From a virus (lineage: Duplodnaviria; Caudoviricetes), in the IMG/VR virus record IMGVR_UViG_3300046778_000301, positions 1 to 32,921 of that record: 32,921 bases of DNA; one strand, given 5' to 3'. The notes beneath the pieces were generated by a model, which was not told the origin of the DNA, made no database searches, and was given only the letters and a program-made list of their open reading frames with translations. Shown here one piece after another: positions 27,222 through 32,921 of this stretch. Each line of letters begins with the position of its first letter. Position 1 is the stretch's first letter. The position numbers and the translations under genes were made by a program.

Positions 27222-27844
27222 TTCATTGATCCTGTGTGCTGATCGCGGATGAGGCTTGTGAGGTGATCGGGGTAGATGTCATTGCCCACATGGCTTGGCA
27301 GTGTGTTTTTGAGGCGCGTGAGCAGCGCAATCATCGGGTCAAGTTGCGGGATAATCTCAGCCAACCGCACGAGGCGCAAAAGCTCTTGCGTGGTCTCGGC
27401 ATTGACGGGTGCGGCTTTAGTATGTGTGATCGCTTTAGGGGTTTTGCTTTGGCGTGGAAGTTGGAGCGGAAGCTGCGCTGCATCCACGCGGTATTGCGCA
27501 AGCACCTTTTTCTCACACGCAATGAAATAACGCCGCGCCTGCCTGCCTTTGTCGTTGCGCTCAATCATGCACAGCTCTTTTGCCATGTCGAGCGTGAGAT
27601 GATAATCAATGGCAATAACAGCTCTTGATTTTGCGTTCGCCAAATTTGGCGAGCGCAAATCGCGCCCTATTGTATAATCCTGAGACTCGACAAACCCGTA
27701 ATCTTCAATGCGCGATTTAATCCAATTGCTAAAATCGCGCTTGATGCCAAGAAAGGCGTAAAGCTCTCGCGCATTCACGGTAGGAATGTCTTCACCGTTG
27801 AGTTTAACGTGTTTAACAATGATGGGGATGGATTCGTTGGTCAT
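27218..27844 (-). CDS. AntA/AntB-family antirepressor (208 aa; longer in-frame form from 28147 possible)
   Basis: VNARELYAFL..KRDFSNWIKSRIEDYGF and DYHLTLDMAKELCMIERNDKGRQARRYFIACEK motifs; SD AAGGA before ATG 27844. Confidence 0.9.
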   Translation of the reverse strand: MTNESIPIIVKHVKLNGEDIPTVNARELYAFLGIKRDFSNWIKSRIEDYGFVESQDYTIGRDLRSPNLANAKSRAVIAIDYHLTLDMAKELCMIERNDKGRQARRYFIACEKKVLAQYRVDAAQLPLQLPRQSKTPKAITHTKAAPVNAETTQELLRLVRLAEIIPQLDPMIALLTRLKNTLPSHVGNDIYPDHLTSLIRDQHTGSMK

Positions 27845-27893
27845 ATTGGCGCTTCCTTGTGAGGGTAAAGCCAGACCATCAAGTTCGAAATGG

Positions 27894-27971
27894 TGGTCTG
27901 ACAACGGCGGGTTCGAACTACCGCTCACAAGGCTTGCGGCGAGCTTTTCAGCCCCCCTCCGCGCCAGACCA
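27894..27971 (-). ncRNA. C4/CI-type antisense immunity RNA (78 nt)
   Basis: Closing stem TGGTCTGGC/GTCAGACCA; b' CCTTGTGA and a' GTTCGAA are complementary to a1/b1 (28057-28063, 28035-28043) and a2/b2 (27883-27889, 27855-27863); b2 overlaps the ant SD. Confidence 0.8.
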
Positions 27972-27992
27972 TAAAAAGCCCTTTCGAGCATT

Positions 27993-28030
27993 AAAAAACG
28001 CGCCCGATGAGCATCTTGGCTCGGCGCGTT
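27993..28030 (-). terminator. Terminator/attenuator downstream of a1b1
   Basis: On the - strand: AACGCGCCGAGCCAAGATGCTCATCGGGCGCG followed by TTTTTT. Confidence 0.6.
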
Positions 28031-28088
28031 ATGCGCCTTGTGATTTTCATTAGCGGGTTCGAATCCGCATTCATTTCTGAACACACTC

Positions 28089-28117
28089 ACACTGCCACGG
28101 GGTTGGTTAAAAGTCAA
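28089..28117 (-). promoter_or_regulatory. Candidate promoter for the C4/ant leader
   Basis: TTGACT (28117-28112) followed after 17 nt by a weak -10 (CAGTGT), just upstream of the a1 hairpin. Confidence 0.4.
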
Positions 28118-28133
28118 TGAAGGGTGATGTGTG

Positions 28134-28268
28134 CTATTGGGGATCATTTTGAGTTCCTTTAGCGCGTTTAAACCACCACTTCGTGACTTTAAATGTCTTT
28201 TCAATGATGAATATGCCCGCTAGAAGCTCTGCAAAATTGTTCACCATCACAACTAAAAATGCGGGCAT
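28134..28268 (-). CDS. 44-aa microprotein overlapping the start of the long ant isoform
   Basis: MPAFLVVMVNNFAELLAGIFIIEKTFKVTKWWFKRAKGTQNDPQ; fills the gap after terB; weak SD. Confidence 0.4.
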   Translation of the reverse strand: MPAFLVVMVNNFAELLAGIFIIEKTFKVTKWWFKRAKGTQNDPQ

Positions 28269-28285
28269 AATCGGGTTCTCGCTCT

Positions 28286-28738
28286 TTAAAATTGGAAGTT
28301 TTTAGGGTCTACGCCAAGTTTTGAAGCAATTTTTGCAAGCATGTCTTGCTCTACGGGCTCAATTTCCCCGTCTGCATTGGCTATATCTTCCGCGATCAGA
28401 TAAACATCTTCTGCCATCTGCGTTGCATCTGGTCTTCCCTTGATGTCTTCCAGTTCGCGCGCGAGTTGTTGACGTCCAGATTTATCTTTGGCGCGTTTAA
28501 ACATCGCCTCTGAGGTTGCCTCAATGTCTGTGCTTTTGTACATCTTGCCGAGTTTTGGGTGATTTGTGATCACTTTTTGGATTTTTTGTCGCTCACAATC
28601 TTCGATGTCGCCATCCGCTGCCGCAACAAGTGCCGCCGCGGCGCAAACTGCTTCTAAAAAGTCTTTATTTCCGCTGTAGTCCGCTTTCACTTCTTTGACT
28701 GCACCGCCAAAAATGCGCTTTGCTAATCCTAATACCAT
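28286..28738 (-). CDS. terB: TerB-family protein
   Basis: Two repeats of the A.ADG.I...E motif (AAADGDIEDCE; ANADGEIEPVE..ML.KIA..LG). Confidence 0.85.
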   Translation of the reverse strand: MVLGLAKRIFGGAVKEVKADYSGNKDFLEAVCAAAALVAAADGDIEDCERQKIQKVITNHPKLGKMYKSTDIEATSEAMFKRAKDKSGRQQLARELEDIKGRPDATQMAEDVYLIAEDIANADGEIEPVEQDMLAKIASKLGVDPKNFQF

Positions 28739-28773
28739 CGTATTTATCCATTTTTTGCCACAAGGGCGGTTAT

Positions 28774-29088
28774 TTATGCGGTTGCATAAAATTCTGTCAC
28801 CGAATCCAGTACTGCCGAGATCGGGCTTGCGGGTGTTTTGCCGTCTTCAAGGCGCGTGACGGCGTCTTTAAGCTCTTCAAGAGGCGTGCCATATTGCAAC
28901 GCGAGGGAAATCAACACGGCGGCGTCGCGCATCACCGCGCTCATTTGTGATGCTGTTTTGGGCGCATCAATAAAGAGCTCAGCCACGCGCCCATCTTCAA
29001 AAAAACCAACGCCAACATGAAAAGCTCTGCCATCATAAGTGCATTCAAAAAGATCAGACGCTCTGCGATCGGGGAGTTTTTCGCGCAT
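28774..29088 (-). CDS. Stand-alone TSCPD-like (class II RNR C-terminal-like) protein
   Basis: REKLPDRR, G...DGR..ELFI and ISLALQYG.PLE motifs; SD GAGGAGG; no catalytic RNR subunit in the window. Confidence 0.7.
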   Translation of the reverse strand: MREKLPDRRASDLFECTYDGRAFHVGVGFFEDGRVAELFIDAPKTASQMSAVMRDAAVLISLALQYGTPLEELKDAVTRLEDGKTPASPISAVLDSVTEFYATA

Positions 29089-29174
29089 CACAAATCCTCC
29101 TCATCGGGTGCTAAAATCGCCTCGATGACAACATATGCGAGGGCGGCAAGAAATATGTATCCAAGGTAAATCAT
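29088..29174 (-). CDS. 28-aa single-TM microprotein
   Basis: MIYLGYIFLAALAYVVIEAILAPDEEDL; TGATG overlap with the dnaN stop and with the downstream start. Confidence 0.6.
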   Translation of the reverse strand: MIYLGYIFLAALAYVVIEAILAPDEEDL

Positions 29175-30352
29175 CAGAACCTCATAGGCATAAGCACGAA
29201 GAGTGCGTTTTTCGCAGCGTCAATGTCAGCGTCTTGAATGATCGCTGGTGCGTTTTTGTCAATCATGCGGATAATCACGGTTTCGCCTTCAATGACATTG
29301 AGAATGTCAAGGAGATAACGATAGTTGAAGCCAACCTCTAAAATGTTGTTTTTATTGTCTAAAAACGTTGCCTCAACATCAAGCGTTTCACTGGCAGAGC
29401 CAGAATCTGCCCCCGCCATGGAAATTGTTATTTGATTCCCCTCTGCTTCAACTTTAACAGCGCTTACTTTGTCAGATTTCACACTGCTCACGCGGTCAAC
29501 AGCACAGGCAAGGAGCTCGCGCGGAATTTTTGCCTCATAAGTCCACCCGCTCGATGGAATAACGCGCGTGTAATCGGGAAAAGTGCCGTGAACAAGTTTT
29601 GTAACAAACTCGGTTTGACCAAGTGTGAGCCGCGCTGAATTGTTGCCCACTTCAAGTTGCACATTGGTTGCCTTTTTAGAATCGTCAGCCAACAGTTTAA
29701 GCATCACACTGATTGCCGTGCGCGGGATGATGACGCTTGGCAGCGCCGTGCCGTCGTGACTTGTGATTGTATCACTGCTCACATCATGATCGATCCGTGC
29801 TAGCCGATGACCATCGGTTGACACGCCTCGCAGTGTGTTGCGCTCGTTTGTTTCAACCTGATGAAAATAAATACCGTTAAGATAATAGCGCACTTCCTCG
29901 CTGCTGATAAAAGGCACTGCGTGTGCAAAAAGTTTGTGTAAATGTGCCGCATTGATTGTGACGTCGTGGTTGTAGCTGTGAGGCGTGATGCTTGGAAAAT
30001 CACCTGTTGGCAACGCAGGAAAGCGAAATTTTGAGCGCCCTGATTTAAAAATCACTTCTTTTGGATCACTGCAATCCAGAGTGACAATGTTGGTGCTCGG
30101 GAATTTGCGCACCACATCATAAAATGTGTGGGCGCAAATGGTTGTTTCAACTGGCGTTAAAGCCATTTCCTCAAGCGCAACGCGGGTTGTGGCTTGCATA
30201 TCAAGGTCTGTGACGGTGAGCAAAGCGCCCTCGCCTTGCGTTTTAATAAGCACATTCGCAAGGATGGGAATTGTGCTTTTGCGTGACACAATGCCTGTGA
30301 GTTTTGAAAGCGCACGTGCAAGATCGCCTGCGTTAAGCGTGAGAATGGTCAT
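29174..30352 (-). CDS. dnaN: DNA polymerase III beta sliding clamp (phage-encoded)
   Basis: TIPILANVL, TDLD, EEVRYYLNGI, STDGHRLA, GTFPDYTRVIP, GFNYRYLLD and VLMPMRF motifs; 392 aa, full length. Confidence 0.95.
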   Translation of the reverse strand: MTILTLNAGDLARALSKLTGIVSRKSTIPILANVLIKTQGEGALLTVTDLDMQATTRVALEEMALTPVETTICAHTFYDVVRKFPSTNIVTLDCSDPKEVIFKSGRSKFRFPALPTGDFPSITPHSYNHDVTINAAHLHKLFAHAVPFISSEEVRYYLNGIYFHQVETNERNTLRGVSTDGHRLARIDHDVSSDTITSHDGTALPSVIIPRTAISVMLKLLADDSKKATNVQLEVGNNSARLTLGQTEFVTKLVHGTFPDYTRVIPSSGWTYEAKIPRELLACAVDRVSSVKSDKVSAVKVEAEGNQITISMAGADSGSASETLDVEATFLDNKNNILEVGFNYRYLLDILNVIEGETVIIRMIDKNAPAIIQDADIDAAKNALFVLMPMRF

Positions 30353-30355
30353 GGG

Positions 30356-31309
30356 TTAAGCCTCTGGTGAGCCAAAATAAACGGGAATGCTTGTTGAGGA
30401 TGATGCAAGAATGGCGTCGCTTTTGATGCGATCTTGAATAACTTGATCAGCGCGATGAAGTTTATAACTCCACGAGACAGCTCCACCGTTGACGCGGTAT
30501 CTCAAATGAGCACAAATGCGCACGGGCTCACTGTCAACAAAGATTGGAATGTTGATCATAAAAAGTCCTGGCACTTTGAGCGGTTTTCCATCTGCCCCTA
30601 AATGGGCTTCTTCAAACTTTATTTGTCCCTCACCTGATTCCAACCTGATAGAATTTATTACCTTAGAATCGACATTGACTTGGAGGCTGCTTGAAAGCTT
30701 TATGAGTTCCACAGGGGTTGCAATTGTTGAAGCAAAAAGTTTTTCAAAATGTTTTTTTTCTTCATCTGTTGGCGTTGAAAGTTCAACAATGTTGTCTTGT
30801 ATGAAGGTTGCAAACTCTTTTTGTGAAAAAGTTTCATTGTTATTTTCTTGCCAATTTTTCCATTCATCGCTCAATGGAAAGTTATAAAGGATTCTGTGTT
30901 TAAGATTGTCTGGGTTGCCCACACCAATGTTGCCTTCTGGTGTTTCTGGATTATTGATCCGATGATAATCAATCACAGCCTCAAGCCTTGGCTTGCTAAC
31001 GTCAAGTTCTGCAAAAACAACAGAATGTTCTGTGCGGTGTCTGTTTGTTAAATCAATAAAGCTTTCGAGCGTTAGGGTTGTGGCTGTGCCCGATTTAAAA
31101 GCTGGTGTGTGCCGATATTTTTCAAGGAAAGGCGAAACGTCAACAAGTTGAGGCTCTTTGCCATGTTTAATACCAATTGTGATTTCAGGTGCAACGCCTT
31201 TTAATGTTTCTGGAGTGGTGATTGTCACAAAATCAATACCAGCTGCTTGCGCACCAAGTTCTGCAATTTCACGCACTGTGTCGTTTTTTAAAGTGTCTGT
31301 GTTGGTCAT
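30356..31309 (-). CDS. DUF2303 (YfdQ-like) protein
   Basis: LESFIDL.NRH, AVIDYH, SDEWK.W, SQKEFA.FI.DNI and F.INIPIF...LRYR motifs; SD GAGGA. Confidence 0.85.
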   Translation of the reverse strand: MTNTDTLKNDTVREIAELGAQAAGIDFVTITTPETLKGVAPEITIGIKHGKEPQLVDVSPFLEKYRHTPAFKSGTATTLTLESFIDLTNRHRTEHSVVFAELDVSKPRLEAVIDYHRINNPETPEGNIGVGNPDNLKHRILYNFPLSDEWKNWQENNNETFSQKEFATFIQDNIVELSTPTDEEKKHFEKLFASTIATPVELIKLSSSLQVNVDSKVINSIRLESGEGQIKFEEAHLGADGKPLKVPGLFMINIPIFVDSEPVRICAHLRYRVNGGAVSWSYKLHRADQVIQDRIKSDAILASSSTSIPVYFGSPEA

Positions 31310-31344
31310 TGTATCCTCATATTTTTTTTAAGTTGCTGTTTAAA

Positions 31345-31689
31345 TCAGGCTGTTTCACGTGTTTTGATGTCTTTCATACCGCCAAACATATTCATCTGCT
31401 GCGGGTGCTCAGTGCTCAACGCCCCTTCATCGGTGACAAAATAGAATGATGATCCGCGTGCTGGCTTTGGTTTTTTGGAGGTGATGTCTCCGCGAATGAT
31501 GACGCTGTGCTCTTCAACCTCAAGATCAAGAACAAGCGTAACTTTGCCTTTCGCCTTGTGGTTTTTGCGCCCAGCGCCGTGCTCTTTAAGCGCGGCAAGG
31601 GTGTCGGTGATTTCTTTTGAAAGATCGGCGGCTAAACTGCCGTCCTCAAGAGCGCCAAGAATAGTTTGTGCATCGCGTATGAGTTTCAT
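31345..31689 (-). CDS. YfdP-like partner of DUF2303 (114 aa)
   Basis: KGKVTL.L, FY.VTDEGALS.EHPQQ pattern; SD GAGGA before ATG 31689; adjacent to DUF2303. Confidence 0.7.
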   Translation of the reverse strand: MKLIRDAQTILGALEDGSLAADLSKEITDTLAALKEHGAGRKNHKAKGKVTLVLDLEVEEHSVIIRGDITSKKPKPARGSSFYFVTDEGALSTEHPQQMNMFGGMKDIKTRETA

Positions 31690-31702
31690 GATGTTTCCTC
31701 TT

Positions 31703-32356
31703 CTATGCCGCTTTTTTGCGGTGTGGTTTTTTGATTGCGTTTGGCGCGTAATACTCAAGGCGCTCGATGTAGTCGTCTGCGGTTTGCGTCCATGGCTTGA
31801 TTTGTATTTTTCCTTTTATTTTCAAGCCTTTCACGTCTTTAAGGTTGCCCCATGCCACGCTCTCAAGTTCACCCCCCGCTTTTAAGAATTGACGCTTTTC
31901 GAGTGCAAGCAATTCAAGATCAACGCGCTTGACGATGTCTTTTGCTGTTTTAGGAAGCGGATACTCAAGCCTAGCGGCGGCGTGAATTTGTTTGTCGAGC
32001 CCGTGTTTTAAAAGGGCAAGGCATTGCGCAAATGCGGGTGTTGCTTTTGTTTTTTCTGCGATTAAATCAATCGCCTTAATCATAGGCGATGTAATGTCGC
32101 CGATGTAAGCTTCATGCGCGTCGTTCAGCAAAAAATAAGCGGCAAGCGTTTTGTCGCTTGTTTCTTTAAAAATGTGATCCGCCCCGATAATGCAGTGTTG
32201 GGCAACAGAATAAATGCCAGCATCAACATGACCTGTAAACCTTGCAAGGCGCGAAAGCGGCTCTGCAATGTCTTTTTTAAAATAAATATCGCAAGCTTTG
32301 GGGTCTACAAGATCAATGTATGCGCCGCTTGCCACTTGTTTATATGCAGCGTTCAT
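31703..32356 (-). CDS. HD-domain 5'-deoxynucleotidase family protein (YfdR/YfbR-like), HD motif reads ND
   Basis: LSRLARFTGH, YSVAQH, LLNDAHEAYIGDITSP.K and VKRVDL.LL..EKR motifs. Confidence 0.85.
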   Translation of the reverse strand: MNAAYKQVASGAYIDLVDPKACDIYFKKDIAEPLSRLARFTGHVDAGIYSVAQHCIIGADHIFKETSDKTLAAYFLLNDAHEAYIGDITSPMIKAIDLIAEKTKATPAFAQCLALLKHGLDKQIHAAARLEYPLPKTAKDIVKRVDLELLALEKRQFLKAGGELESVAWGNLKDVKGLKIKGKIQIKPWTQTADDYIERLEYYAPNAIKKPHRKKAA

Positions 32357-32534
32357 TGTGTGTGCCTTTTTTTAAGGTGGTGGATTTTTGCAGCTCTACA
32401 CCTTTGTCAATCAAGCGTATAAGGCTGCTTTTTTTGGGGTCAAAAAAGCGCACGGTCAGATAAAACACCCCAAAGCCAAAGCATAAGATGATGGCAATCA
32501 ATTGAATTTGCATAAGAAGAATGTGTTCGCTCAT
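32340..32534 (-). CDS. Small membrane protein
   Basis: SD AAGGA; single TM IQLIAIILCFGFGVFYLTV. Confidence 0.55.
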   Translation of the reverse strand: MSEHILLMQIQLIAIILCFGFGVFYLTVRFFDPKKSSLIRLIDKGVELQKSTTLKKGTHNERCI

Positions 32535-32550
32535 TGCGCTGTTCCTTGTC

Positions 32551-32921
32551 TTAAGAGGGTTCTGCTTGGATAAGGGCGCGTGTAAAAAACAATGCAACTT
32601 GTTCTTTATTCCACCCTATGTTAATCAGATCACGTGTTGTGACCTTGTTGCTTTCGTGGGAGCATGTTTGGTTGCAGGGTTTTGCCTGCCTCATGCGAAC
32701 AATGTCCTCACTCATGCGATGGATGATAGCGTTGTAGTTTTTCATATCCGCGCGTGGGTAGTCGTAAGTCACTTCACCTTTTGGATTGAGGTAGGGGATT
32801 TCAGCAACTAAAGGGCGCTTTTGCTCTGTTCGTGTGTGGCGTTCAATTTGCGCAAGTTGATGTGCGCGTTCTATTGCCTCTTCAAGGTAAGCTTCGACCT
32901 GCAATCCGCACCAGCCTTTCC
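32551..32921 (-). CDS. Hypothetical protein, possibly 5'-truncated by the window edge
   Basis: ORF is open from the window end; the TTG at 32904 is the first start visible. Confidence 0.5.
   Translation of the reverse strand, partial: KGWCGLQVEAYLEEAIERAHQLAQIERHTRTEQKRPLVAEIPYLNPKGEVTYDYPRADMKNYNAIIHRMSEDIVRMRQAKPCNQTCSHESNKVTTRDLINIGWNKEQVALFFTRALIQAEPS

Noticed and set aside
28212-28269. 9-bp inverted repeat TATGCCCGC/GCGGGCATA with a 40-nt spacer
   Set aside because: Too short and widely spaced to call; no target duplication or second copy to indicate a MITE.
31703-32356. HD protein as DatZ of a Z-base (2-aminoadenine) system
   Set aside because: No purZ, mazZ or dedicated polymerase in the window; the context matches the yfdPQR-type cluster.
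1-32921. CRISPR array, rRNA, IS element, introns/inteins
   Set aside because: No regularly spaced repeats, rRNA-like sequence or transposase; core genes such as terL and dnaN are of normal length.

Overview
The window is about 33 kb of a temperate tailed phage, probably infecting an alphaproteobacterium (Hyphomicrobiales-like). The + strand (1-24.7 kb) carries the late operon: lambda-type terS/terL(GpA), gpW and portal, a fused protease-scaffold-capsid gene, a Mu-like contractile tail and baseplate, a tail fibre, an SGNH esterase and a lysis cassette. A 2-kb regulatory insert (membrane protein, RHH protein, Tat-like protein, Rha) sits between the tape measure and DNA-circularisation genes. 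The - strand (24.86-32.9 kb) carries an early operon: HD/YfdR-like, YfdP-like, DUF2303/YfdQ, a full-length beta sliding clamp, a TSCPD-like protein, TerB, AntA antirepressor, SSB, Xis and a tyrosine integrase. An apparently intact attP with a tRNA-Val-like 3' end lies between the two arms, so the sequence looks like the excised or circular form. Features read from the sequence but absent from the ORF track are: (i) two C4/CI-like antisense RNA switches with different recognition sequences, one in front of each antirepressor-type gene; (ii) a -1 frameshift in the tail chaperone; (iii) an internal start in the protease-capsid gene; (iv) translationally coupled microproteins; (v) two Bru-RS1/RIME-like repeats; and (vi) a clamp-centred module with clamp-binding-like motifs and an HD-to-ND variant nucleotidase. 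All product calls come from motif recognition by eye; no database search or folding program was run.
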